A DNA stretch of 64,000 nt from Phoronis australis. Taxonomy: Eukaryota > Animalia > Phoronida. This document shows, piece by piece, positions 24,236 to 36,700 of the stretch; position 1 is the stretch's first letter, and every line of letters begins with the position of its first letter. A program made the translations under genes and the position numbers. The DNA lies in NCBI GenBank assembly GCA_002633005.1, contig NMRA01000109.1, forward strand, positions 148,971-212,970, read 5' to 3'. The notes below the pieces were generated by a model, which worked only from the letters and a program-made list of their open reading frames with translations, made no database searches and was not told where the DNA came from.

Positions 24236-25090
24236 CCAAGAACCGAAAAAGAGCATCATGAATTACCACACTAATCCATACATTTATTTCAGCCACTTAG
24301 AAAACCAGGTAAAAGATATCGTGCATGTTGTTTGTATGGGACTTATTTCTTTTCGGTAGAGTTTCAAAGTATACATTCTTTATACACACTTGTAAATTAG
24401 ACGAAGTCTAGATATGAACAAATTCCACACACCCTTGTAATTTTTGTATTAATTGAAGCGTTAACGTAACTTGCTGTAATACAGGTTATGATGAACTCAC
24501 TCCGTTTCAGGTACAATCAACTTCGTATTTTTGCTTGGACTGTCAAATTACATGTACACTCAGTTCTGCACACTTCCCAATGACCTAGAGCGAACCAATG
24601 TAACGTAGGTGAAATCCGTATTAATGCCGCACAGAATTTTTCAATTTTTGATGTTTACCTGGTCCAGCTTGAACATGTGTATAGACATTCTAGTCGGACT
24701 AGTTTCGTTAACATTAGGTAGAAACCAGTAGTGCTTCCTAAACTTTAGTAAACGATGTTAGGCAAAAAACTCAAATGACGTCACCATGCTTTGGCCATTG
24801 GTGCAGGTGTTTTTCTTCGACATGAAAATTATTACGGTCATATTGTTTCCATAATCAACTTGCAGTCAATTCCCAAAATTTCTCCTTTTTTCATATATTG
24901 TGTCTCATGTCTTTCATTTTGTAGTAAGAACGGTTCTACATAGGGATTGTTAGAGGATGCTTATGTTATACGTAGGTTGATGGATTTACTGAAAATTGCA
25001 CTTATCACAATGACAAATGTATACGGCACTTAATACACATGCAATCTTTAGATATTTTTAACAAAACAATTCTGAATCTATGATTTACAG

Positions 25091-25114
25091 GTACTCAAAG
25101 AGGTACTACCAAGG
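25091..25114 (+). CDS. 24-nt phase-1 micro-exon (GTQRGTTK)
   Basis: aatctatgatttacag|GTACTCAAAGAGGTACTACCAAGG|gtgagt. Confidence 0.82.
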
Positions 25115-26398
25115 GTGAGTGCTTAATACCAATTGTTTCTTAATAAAAACGACCAAACTCTAAGAGAGAACGCATCAATATAAACTTAAATAATCCATGC
25201 CAAATTCAACGTTTTTCTAAATAATTCTGTCTGAACTTATTTGTAAGTATCACAAAAAGATCATATAGCAAGTCAACATGAAATTGTGTTACAATGAACT
25301 TTTATAAAATACTTTCAACTACGAATTACGATACTGCTAAGTGCGAAGGAAACGTGTACTCAATCTACTCCCTGGAGATGAAAGAAAAAACACGACTTTA
25401 CGCACCGTATATAATTGTGACTTTCTGTACACACGAAAATCAACGCAAGTCCAGCAGAAATTTCCTCTTTTCGTTTCTTCTCAGTCACTGTGCACTCTCA
25501 ATGTTAACATTTTTGCACATGTTTAATCATATTGGCAAGCCTGGAACAGAAAAAGAAGTATCATACTTTACCACACCAATCCACATGTTTTTGTCGGTCA
25601 TTGAGAGAAACACGTGAAAAATAGCGTGCATCCCGTTTATATGGCACTAATTTCAGTTCGGTAGAGTTTCAAATCGTTCATTATTTATATGCACTTTTGA
25701 CTTAGACACAGTCTAGGTATGGACAAATTCTACACTTTATGGTAGTTTTGGTAGTAACCGAATCGTTAACGTAGTTGTTGTAACGTTGGTGATGATCAGT
25801 TCACTGAGTTTTAGATTCAGTCAACTATGTGTCTTTGCTTGGACTTTATTTTACAGTTTGAAATATGACTCAGTTCTTCACAGTTCCCTATGACGAGGGG
25901 CGATACAGTGTAACGTACGGGATATTCAGATCAATTATTCACAGAATATTATCATTTTCTCAATGTTTACTTCGTCCAGCTTGAACATGCACGTAGACAA
26001 TCACGTTGGACTGGATTCGTTAACTTGAGCTCGGAACCAACACTGGGTCCTAGATATGAATGACGATGTTGGACAGAAAAATCCAAATGACGTCACTATC
26101 CTTTGGTCACTCTTACAGGTGTTTTTGTTCTCCACGAAACGTATTGCGGCATCGTTGTTTTCATAACTGATTTGGAATAATTTCCCTGCATGACACCTCT
26201 TTTCATATGATGTGTCACATTCTGCAGTGTAAACTGAGTTCACATTGGGATTGGTAGAGATTGCTAACACCACCGTGGGTTGCTGGAATTACTCAACAGT
26301 CCACTTGTCACAATGACAAATTATACACCACAATTACTAAAAATGCAATGTTTAGAAATATTTAACAGAACAATTAATTCTTTATCTATGATTTACAG

Positions 26399-26422
26399 GT
26401 ACTCAAATAGATCCTGCCACGG
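26399..26422 (+). CDS. 24-nt phase-1 micro-exon (GTQIDPAT)
   Basis: tatctatgatttacag|GTACTCAAATAGATCCTGCCACGG|gtgagt. Confidence 0.82.
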
Positions 26423-27179
26423 GTGAGTATTTAATATTGCACTGTCTCTCAATTAAAACGACCAAATAGAAAATGAGAATTCATCAATAAAATCTTGAAT
26501 AATTCTTATCAGATTCAACTTATTTCTGGATAATACTGTCTGCACTCAGGTATCACAAAAAGTACATGACACAACACAACTTGAAATTTTCTTTGCATTG
26601 AGGTTTCAGAAAATTCCTCAGCTACCAATTACTGGTAATATACAGTACTGCTAAAGTCTCTTCCAAATGTTATCTTACGCACTTCATGAAGCGCCTTCGA
26701 ATCAACAAAATTAGAGTGAAGTTGTTCAATCTCCTCCTTTCGAATGAAAGAAAAACAGGAAGTTACACACGGTATATAATTCTACACACTACACACTGCA
26801 CAAATAAAACAGGACGAGTTCCGCGGACGCTTCCTCGTTTCTTTCCTTTTAAATCTTCGTACACAGTCTATGCTGACATTCCTTAACATCTCTTAAATGA
26901 ATTGACAAGCCTGGTACAAAAAGGTTGCCATATTTAACCACAGCAATTGATACATTTTGTTTGCCAGTTAGAAATTCAAGTGAAATATAACGTAAAGTCC
27001 GCATGTATGGCACTTATTTCTGTTGGGTAGAGTTTCAAAATGTGCGTTTGTATCCTAAATAAAGTCTAAGTATGGACAAAATCTACATTCTGTAGTAGTT
27101 TCCATAGTAATTGAAGCTTTAATGTTAATAGTGAAACGCAGGATCTGAGTGACATCAGTGCCAAATTTTAAAGAACATG

Positions 27180-27984
27180 GGGTTGTTTTTACGCTCCCTC
27201 GACCGCCACGACTACTTCGACCCACGACCCCTCAACCCACGATCCCATCGACCCAAGGCCCACAACCCCATCGACCTTGTCCACACAAGCTAGACTAGAT
27301 TTGAAGACAGAACAAGTACTGACTGGCAACGAGTCTTTTTCTGATTTATTACAATTGAGAGTCGAATCTGCAAGTTTGAGATTCAAAAACATAAAAAACG
27401 CGACAAAATATTATCAAAGACCTACCAACGTAATAGATGACGTTCCCGGCTAGGTGTAATAGTCTCGTCTGCTGTTCAGTGGTTTTCAGGCTCAAGCTTT
27501 TTTGGAGAGTGCGAGGAACTGGCGGATATGTAATTTCTTCAGAAAATACAGTTTGAAAAAATAAACGGTTAACTAAAAGTATGTCAACGTTACATGGCGT
27601 ATGTTGTAAACCAGCACAAAACAGAGAAATTATGCCCTCTCACGTTAACGTGATCTCTTCCTAAGTGTAGTAGAACAGGGTCATTGGTAGCCGCTAGTGG
27701 ACCTATTTCCGTGACAACAGTGGCACACCCACAACTCTTTATTTCAGAGTTCTCAAGCAATTTTCTGTTTTAAAGCACCTGGCTTAAGCCAGAGCAGATT
27801 CGCGTATAAGTAAGTGTTATGCTAAAGTCATTCAGCTACGTAACATGATTATGAAATGTGTAAAAAGCGCAAAACCAACCTATTGCCACAGATAATGGGT
27901 CAAAGGGGGGTTGTTGGTCCTGGTAGGCGAAGTGGGTCGAGGGGGTCTTGGAGTGTGGGGGTCTACGGGGCTTTGGAGCAATTG
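27180..27984. mobile_element. Mutator-like MITE, copy A
   Basis: C-rich left arm (cgacccacgacccc) and G-rich right arm (gtgggtcgaggggg). Interior is homologous to 31943-32704. It interrupts a CR1/L2 RT fragment. Confidence 0.7.
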
Positions 27985-28880
27985 AAACTTTTGTGCTGAT
28001 ATACCTTCATCTATTGTCTGCAAAATTCCCAGTGTAAGCACTGGAACCTCTACTTTCCCATCTATTTGGAAGCGTGCCAGAGTCATTCATCTCTTTAAGA
28101 AGGGAGTCTTAATGACTGTCATACTGATCTCAATTCTTCCTTCACTCTCTAAAAGTCTGTTGAGGAACATGCACAATCACATTTTGTACCTTTTGCTGAC
28201 CTCAATTTTATTCTAGACTCTGAGTCTGGATATAGTGTCAGACAGCTCTGTTTTCAATATCTAACAACTGGTATCACCGGTTGGATTGTGGCAATTTTGT
28301 GTGGAGTCTTATACCTTGATTTTCGTAAAGCATTAGACCCCGAAGTCCCGACACTGATTTAACCGAACTTTATGGCTGCTCTGACAGATGGTGTGGAGAT
28401 TAATGACTGTCTCTCCTGGAGCTGCCAAATCTTACATGTCTGTTAACAGCTGCGGTATCATTTTTTTAGTCGCGAAGACTTCGACCATTTTAGACACATC
28501 ATGCTCATTAACATTTAATGAATTTTATATTAATCCTACTTTAACTTATTGTTTTCCAATACCGTGTAATATTCCTCATGAAAATATTGATCAAATTGTT
28601 AACTTACAAAAGAGCTGCAAATTTTCTAACTCCATCATTAGATATGTTTAAAGATCTAAGGTGGTTACCATCCCAAAGTTTTCATTTACCATCGGGTACT
28701 TTTCATGTATTTAACTCAATAATTTCAGACATGTCCCTGATGTCCATCAAAGAAATACCCGTGCACCAACCTTTACGAGCTACTATTTACGTATTATTAA
28801 AACTAAATCTTGTCAAACTAATTGAGTTCCGTACCAATCACCATTCAAAATTGTACGTCATTATCCCTTATAAAACCAGT
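27985..28880 (+). mobile_element. Decayed CR1/L2-group RT fragment (duplicated at 30343-31240)
   Basis: Frameshifted peptides TFPSIWKRARVIHLFKKG, ISILPSLSK, LYLDFRKA and MFKDLRWLP. Confidence 0.8.
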
Positions 28881-28969
28881 TAAATCTTTTCCTAGTATGT
28901 AAATTTCAATACATTTTAATTTTAATCTAATTTAACAGAACAAATTACTCCTTAATCCATGATTTACAA

Positions 28970-28993
28970 GCACTCGCACAGGTGCTACCTGAG
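28970..28993 (+). pseudogene. Dead micro-exon (copy at 31327-31350)
   Basis: Cassette position matches the live exons, but the acceptor reads tttacaa|G instead of tttacag|G and the phase-1 frame ends ACC TGA G. Donor is gtgtgt. Confidence 0.65.
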
Positions 28994-29220
28994 GTGTGTA
29001 TTTAAGAGAATTCGTCAAAATCAATTTGAATAAATCAAGCCAAATTCAGCTAATTTCTAAATAATTATTTCTGAATTTAGGAATCACAAATAGTACATGT
29101 AGCATGTTAACTTGAAATTTTCTTTGCATTGAAGTTTCAAAATTACCTTCAAACTTCTGGAAATGTACGGTACTGCGGACATCCTTTAGAGAACAATTTG
29201 ATTCTTATTCTATTATTCAG

Positions 29221-29235
29221 GTGGAACTCCCAAAG
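29221..29235 (+). CDS. 15-nt phase-1 micro-exon (GGTPK), copy 1
   Basis: ttctattattcag|GTGGAACTCCCAAAG|gttggt. Confidence 0.7.
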
Positions 29236-29592
29236 GTTGGTATATAATATAAATCAATCTTCCGTTCCTTAATAAGTTTGACCACATCGAAATAGAGAAT
29301 TTGTTTATATGCACTTTTATTACTATTGCCAAATTAAAAAAAATTCTAAATAATATTCTGTGAAACGAGTTATTACAAAAGTAGGAAGTAGTCTTGATGT
29401 TTTCTTTTTATTGAACTTTAAGAGACGAAATGCCTATCAACCTACAAACTGGTGGAAACTAATCTCAATGTGCACACAATGTTTTAACAGCATAAACTAG
29501 CAGACAAAACACATTTTAATCAGAAAATTATCAATGTGGGAAAAACTCACTCAATTACGAGCCTTGTATACATGTAAATGTGACAAATTTTA

Positions 29593-30342
29593 GGATTATT
29601 CTAGAACCCCCCGCTCCCACACCACACAACCCCTTCGACCCAGTCTTTACCTGTTCGACGTGAGCGCAGACTTGCACGACCAACGGGTATATCCGTACCC
29701 ATGACTAGGTTTTCCATGTTTTTTCGAATTAAAGCAGTCCACCCGACAAGTTTGAATGCCAAAAACAGAAAGAATGCGACACAGTCAAATCAAAGACTCA
29801 CCAACGTTACAAATGTCGTTCAGGCCAGAGTGTAATCACTTCGTCTGCTGCAAAGTGAATCACAGGTGGTGGACGATTGTGAGGAACCGACGAATATGTA
29901 ATTTCTTCAGTAGAGTTTGAAAAGCGATATATGAAGTATATCTTAAAATGTTAAACAATAGAAAGTAAATAATACAAATGTGAATATTGTGTACGTTTAG
30001 GTTAACGTGATCTCTTCCTAAGTGTAGTAGAACAGGGTCATTGGTAGCCGCTAGTGGACCTATTTCCGTGACAACAGTGGCACACCCACAACTCTTTATT
30101 TCAGAGTTCTAAAGCAATTTTCTGTTTTAAAGCACCTGGCTTAAGCCAGAGCAGATTCGCGTGTAAGTAAGTGCTATGCTAAAGTCATTCAGCTACGTAT
30201 CATGATTATGAAATGTGTAAAAAGCGCAAAACCAACCTATTGCCACAGATAATGGGTCAAAGGGGGGGTTGTTGGTCCTGGTAGGCGTCGTGGGTCGAGG
30301 GGGTATTGGAGTGTGGGGGTCTACGGGGCTTTGGAACAATTC
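29593..30342. mobile_element. Chimeric MITE (left part of copy B, right part of copy A)
   Basis: 29593-30000 matches 31943-32354 and 30001-30342 matches 27644-27984. Left and right flanks do not match each other. Confidence 0.8.
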
Positions 30343-31579
30343 AAACTTTTGTGCTGATATACCTTCATCTATTGTCTGCAAAATTCCCAGTGTAAGCACT
30401 GAAACCTCTACTTTCCCATCTATTTGGAAGCGTGCCAGAGTCATTCATCTCTTTAAGAAGGGAGTCTCAATGACTGTCATACTGATCTCAATTCTTCCTT
30501 CACTCTCTAAAAGTCTGTTGAGGAACATGCACAATCACATTTTGTACCTTTTGCTGACCTCAATTTTATTCTAGACTCTGAGTCTGGATATAGTGTCAGA
30601 CAGCTCTGACTTCAATATCTAACAACTGGTATCACCGGTTGGATTGTGGCAATTTTGTGTGGAGTCTTATACCTTGATTTTCGTAAAGCATTAGACCCCG
30701 AAGTCCCGACACTGATTTAACCGAACTTTATGGCTGCTCTGACAGATGGTGTGGAGATTAGTGACTGTCTCTCCTGGACTGCCAAATCTTACATGTCTGT
30801 TAACAGCTGCAGTATCATTTTTTTAGTCGAGAAGACTTCGACCATTTTAGACACATCATCCTCATTAACATTTAATGAATTTTATATTAATCCTACTTTA
30901 ACTTATTGTTGTCCAATACCGTGTAATATTCCTCATGAAACTATTGATCAAATTGTTAACTTACAAAAGAGCTGCAAATTTTCTAACTCCATCATTAGAT
31001 ATGTTTAAAGATCTAAGGTGGTTACCATCCCAAAGTTTTCATTTACCATCGGGTACTTTTCATGTATTTAACTCAATAATTTCAGACATGTCCCTGATGT
31101 CCATCAAAGAAATACCCGTGCACCAACCTTTACGAGCTACTATTTACGTACTATTAAAACTAAATCTTGTCAAACTAATTGAGTTCCGTACCAATCACCA
31201 TTCAAAATTGTACGTCATTATCCCTTATAAAACCAGTTAAATCTTTTCCTAGTATGTAAATTTCAACACATTTTAATTTTAATCTAATTTAACAGAACAA
31301 ATTACTCCTTAATCCATGATTTACAAGCACTCGCACAGGTGCTACCTGAGGTGTGTATTTAAGAGAATTCGTCAAAATCAATTTGAATAAATCTAGCCAA
31401 ATTCAGCTAATTTCTAAATAATTATTTCTGAATTTAGGAATCACAAATAGTACATGTAGCATGTTAACTTGAAATTTTCTTTGCATTGAAGTTTCAAAAT
31501 TACCTTCAAACTTCTGGAAATGTACGGTACTGCGGACATCCTTTGCAGAATAATTTGATTCTTATTCTATGATTTTCAG

Positions 31580-31594
31580 GTGGAACTCCCAAAG
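31580..31594 (+). CDS. 15-nt phase-1 micro-exon (GGTPK), copy 2
   Basis: ttctatgattttcag|GTGGAACTCCCAAAG|gttggt. Confidence 0.72.
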
Positions 31595-31942
31595 GTTGGT
31601 ATATAATATAAATCAATCTTCCGTTCCTTAATAAGTTTGACCACAACGAAATAGAGAATTTGTTATTATGTACTTTTATTACTATTGCCAAATTCAACAA
31701 AATTCTAAATAATATTCTGTGAAACGAGTTATTACAAAAGTAGGAAGTAGTCTTGATGTTTTCTTTTTATTGAACTTTAAGAGACGAAATGCCTATCAAC
31801 CTACAAACTGGTGGAAACTAATCTCAATGTGAACACAATGTTTTAACAGCATAAACTATCAGACAAAACACAGAAAATTATCAATGTGGGAAAAACTCAC
31901 TCAATTACGAGCCTTGTATACATGTAAATGTGACAAATTTTA

Positions 31943-32704
31943 GGATTGTTCTAGAACCCCCCCCCCGCTCCCACACCACACGACCCCTTCGACCCAGTCT
32001 TTACCTGTTCGACGTGAGCGCTGACTTGCACGACCAACGGGTAGATCCGTACCCATGACTAGGTTTTCCATGTTTTTTCCAATTAAAGCAGTCCATCCGA
32101 CAAGTTTGAACGCCAAAAACAGAAAGATTGCGACCCAGTTAAATCAAAGACCCACCACCGTTACAAATGTCGTTCCGGCCAGAGTGTAATCACTTCGTCT
32201 GCTGCAAAGTGAATCACAGGTGGTGGACGATTGTGAGGAACCGACGAATATGTAATTTCTTCAGTAGAGTTTGAAAAGCGATATATGAAGTATATTTTAA
32301 AGTGTTAAACAATAGAAAGCAAATAATACAAATGTGAATATTGTGTACGTTCAGGTTAACGTGATCTCTTCCTAAGTCTAGTAGAACAGGGCCATCGGTA
32401 ACAGCTCGTGGAACTATTTCAGTGACAACGATAGCAGGCTAACAATCCACTATCTCAGATCACGATATCACGCCATTTTCTGTTTTAACCACCAGAATGA
32501 AGCAGATTTGTGTTTAGGAATGTCTTATGGGGAAGTCATTCAGCGACGTAATGTGATTGTGCAATGTGTAGATAGCGCCAAGATACATCTATTGGCACCG
32601 GTCGTTTGTCGAGGGGTTTATGGGTCATGAGGGTTGTGGGTGGAGGGGATCTGGGGTGGAGGGGATCATGGGGTGTTGGGATCAAGGGGATTTTAGAACA
32701 ATCT
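31943..32704. mobile_element. Mutator-like MITE, copy B
   Basis: TIRs ggattgttctagaacccc / ggggattttagaacaatct. Flanks caaatttta / caaattaaa form a degenerate 9-bp TSD. Confidence 0.78.
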
Positions 32705-33774
32705 CAAATTAAATTTAACATGCATTGTGAACGTAAAGAGCGTGACAGTTCCTCTTTTCGTCTGATCTCAGCCCTGTGCATTTTAAAGGAGAATGCCACC
32801 CGATTAAATTAGTTTTGTTACCGTCTTAATCGGTCTGTATCCACCTTACATTCGCATGCCGTCGATCTCACCTCGCCCAAAATTATCGCGACGTCAGGGG
32901 TTCTTCAGTTGCCTGTGTGCCACTATGGTGTGGTGTGTCGTTCCCGCTTGTGCAAACCTTGAAGTTGCGAAGAAAGCGGTATATCATTTTTGATTTCCTC
33001 GGGAATAAAGATGCTTCAGACGTAGCACTGGGCTATAAAGAACGAAACGTACATATGCGATGTATGATGCCGTGAAATAGATTCTTTGTTTTCGTCCAGC
33101 ATTGTTGTGTTTGAAAATGATTTTTTCTACCCAAACCAAAGTTTTTTATCAAACTGAAACAAAAAATGTAAATTAATTATTAATTATTTCGTATTGCTTC
33201 AGGATTGTTCGTGAGTGCAAATGTTATTAAGAAATCAACAATGAATAGATCATACTGCGTTACCGGGCTTCAGATACAATAAAACTGATTGACCGCCGTG
33301 TTAGCGCATGCTAGTTCAGTGTTTGCTGACAGAAAGCTGCTGTGAAAGTAGAACTCGATTTTACATGCTATGATCAGATGTTAGAGAAATATATATATGG
33401 GTGTATATATATATAATCCTTTTCCCTGTAAGGGTCTGTGGAAGTGGATCTTGACTTCGTGGCCCCCGGCGAGTAGGAAGATTTGTAATTTCGCGGCGAA
33501 TTCACCACAGTAATCACGCAAACATTACTTCTTTGGTTCACTAGTCTAGTCTTTTCGTGACTGAAAGTTTAGTTTTCAAATGTCACAGCCGAGAAATCCA
33601 ACTGCTTTATGTTCGTAATGTCTCCAGTCCAACTGCGACGAGCCTGCTAGGTACATGTATACAGATGTATGAGCCACTGGGTTATAACGAGCGTTTTGTG
33701 TTTATCACAGAAAAATAATACGCGCGGCTATGTTTTTCTTTCTGTATTTCACGGAAGATTCCTATTGTTAATGT

Positions 33775-36700
33775 TTATATATATTTATTCAATAACTAGG
33801 ACCCCATCCTTGTTACAATCAAATCATCACATAAAATAAAGGTAAGTGTCAAACACTAGAAGTAAATCGAGTTCTTCGTTTGAATGCGAAATGAACATAT
33901 TTACATGTTGACCATATAAGATCTTTTTCCTCCATAGTCATGAGCTGGTTGAATTTTGTAACATTGGGATTGTTGTAGCTCCATGCAGGCAAATATCGTT
34001 TCCTAAGGTCATCGTAGAATGGGCATTCGATAACAAAATAATATTCTGACTCGACATATGTCCTAACACAGAGAGGGCATAACCTTTATGTTCTGCAAAG
34101 TTTCAGGTGTGTACCCTTTTCAATCATTAGTGCATGCGCTGAACATCTTAATCTTACCATATCAGAGATCTGACATTTACATTGTCAATTACATCTAAAT
34201 AGTTTTCAAAACACATATTTAACTTAAAAGTTCTGTAAGTTTCCAGCTTAATCGAATTTCTTACCATTTTTGATGATCAATATCTTTACATCTTTGTTTA
34301 AAAAGTGATATGAAGCTTGTCTCGGAACCTACACCCTGATTGTACCATGCTTCTCCAAAACCAAACTGAAATAGCAAATTCTTAACGTCATTAACCCAGC
34401 ACGGTTTACTAACATTTTCCGTCATATTATACTGCCATTCATAGCAATGATATGTAATTTTTGAGGCATAGGTTTTTAATAGTTTTCACCAATATTTCAT
34501 AATTCTAGGAAGTTGGTAAGCAACCAAGGAGTAACGACTCATTTCACCACTAACAGTCGATGAAATTGCGGTGCTCGGCAAATTTAAAATTTCTTTACAA
34601 AATTTTGTGTGGACTATTTCAGTACATTCGCAGTCACTAAAACCCCAGATCTCACAGCAATAAGGAAGTATCGGCAATAGTTTACAATCCAATAATTTCA
34701 AACTAACTTTAACTCATTAAATTCATTGTCTTAGTAGCGTGTAATGATAGAGTTTTCTGTGCGCAAGACCACGAACCTTTGGTAGTAAACATTAATCCTA
34801 AATATTTATATGCATTTACAATAATAACAGTATTTCCATCATACGTCCATTTTTCATACGATCGTAACAGTCACCCTTTCTGAAAACAATTATCTTAGTC
34901 TTCGACATGTTAACAATCAATTTCCATTTCTGACAATACGCATATAAAATGTTCAATTTTTTCTGCAGTCCTTTCACACTATAAGAAGATAAAGCCAAAT
35001 CATCAGCAAACAGCACATGCAATAATTTAGGTGATCCCATGGAATTTTTTTCACCGCCACCGGATTCTAATTCTTGCTCGAGATCGTTTATAAATGAAAT
35101 TAACAAAAAACGGTGATAGCTGAGAGCCTTGTTTTAGGCCATTATGACAATCAAAGAACTCCGTATAGCTTCCGTTACTCAATCTAACGAACGCTTTTAC
35201 TTCAGCGTACATTGCTTTGGTTATCTTATACATCTTACCTTCTATGCAATTGTTTCTTAATTTAAAATACAATGCGGTTCTATATATACTGTCATAAGCT
35301 GCTTTAAAATCCACGAAAGCACAATAGAATATACCGTTCTCTCTTGTCAAATATTTAATTATTAACATATAGAAAGCAAACATTTGATCCACCGTGCTGT
35401 GCCCTTTCCTAAACGCAGCTTGAGACATACTAATTACGTTTTCTCTTACCTACCACTTTTGAAGTCGCTGGCACAATATTTTTTCGAAATTTTGGCTGTG
35501 CCTTACATGAGGGAAATTCCTCTGAAATTTTCAGGAATTTTGGCACCGCCCTTAAGTATCGATACTATAATGGATTTTGTCAGTTCTTTTGGAAACACAC
35601 CATTTTTAAAAAAGTAGTTGTATAGATGGAACAGTGAATCAACCAACTTTTTATCAGCATACTTGTAGAACTCAATGCTAATTTTATCATATCCTGGCGA
35701 AGTTCGGTCTTTCATACTACCGATAGTTTGTATAATTTCGTCTCTTATGATCTCAGCGTCCAGCTCCATATCAACAACTGCATTACTTGAATTGATGTTT
35801 TTACTGAGTTCTCAATAAAAGCATGAAATTCAGCCAACTCCGGATTAGTAACAAAATAGTGGCCTTCAAACAGAGAGCTGAAATAATTTATCCATTCGTC
35901 CGGTTTAATATTCGTCGATATACATTTCTTCTTAATATTAAATGCGCGCCAGAATTTTTTACTGTCTTTACTCTCCACAGCTGATTTCAATTTTTTGTAA
36001 TGTTTTCTGTTACACTCTATCAGTTTTACTTTTCTAAATGTCCATAATCCTTTCTAGCTTGTACATATAGATTTCGGTAACTGTTTTTTCTCTCAGTGTT
36101 CCAATACTGAAACTAAAATTACTTAATTTTTGCCTAACTACAACTCTTATTTCCCTACAATCAGCGTCAAACCATTTGGACAAACTAGTCGGTTATAAGA
36201 TATGTTCACTTTTGGTTTTAACATGTCGGCAGCACATACATGTAATTTAATGGCTTCCATTAAAGTTTCTACACTTGAATTTATGGTCGAGAGTGAATAA
36301 CTCTGTACGTCAGCGAGGAACTGATCCACCTCCGGTCTCGACCATTTTTTCTGCATATCTTAGGCTCAACCCCTCGTTCCATTTATGAACATTTTCAATC
36401 TGTTCACCTCGAGCCCAGTTGTTTTGCTGCGTCTTACACATACTTCACATATTTCACCGATTTCAAAACCGCCCACACAATACAATAAATCCTTGCTCAT
36501 CATGATACAACACTAGATCCATTATAAGTTACACATGTTACACTACCAATGTCTGCATCTTTCCCTATTCTTCTATTCAGAATTCTTATCTCATTTCTTT
36601 GGCAAAACTCTTAATAATTCTGTACCAAACTCATTTACCTCACCATTATATTGTGAGCACCTACATCACAGACTATCTTCTACATAAACATCACAATCAA

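Larger units (their letters stand above)
19700..27130 (+). repeat. Diverged tandem exon+intron cassettes carrying the micro-exons
   Basis: Recurring blocks (acacatg..atttacaaatcctt..aatctatgatttacag / aaaacgaccaaatg..gagaattcatcaa / ccaaattcaac / aggaatcacaaaaagtacatg / ctggaaatgt.c.gtactgc) occur at about 19.8, 20.1, 20.4, 21.1, 21.6, 25.0 and 26.3 kb. Period is about 1.3 kb between 24.2 and 27.1 kb. Further copies lie near 11.9, 28.9, 31.3 and 38.7-39.5 kb. Confidence 0.85.
27644..32354 (+). repeat. Recent tandem duplication, two ~2.36-kb units (27644-30000, 30001-32354)
   Basis: Near-identical sequence. gttaacgtgatctcttcctaagt recurs at 27644, 30001 and 32355, and ORF-track peptides at 28578 and 30935 are almost identical. 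Confidence 0.97.

Noticed and set aside
19700-31700. Regularly recurring motifs as a possible CRISPR-like array
   Set aside because: Eukaryotic context, no cas genes, and the repeats are long, diverged and explained by exon-cassette duplication.
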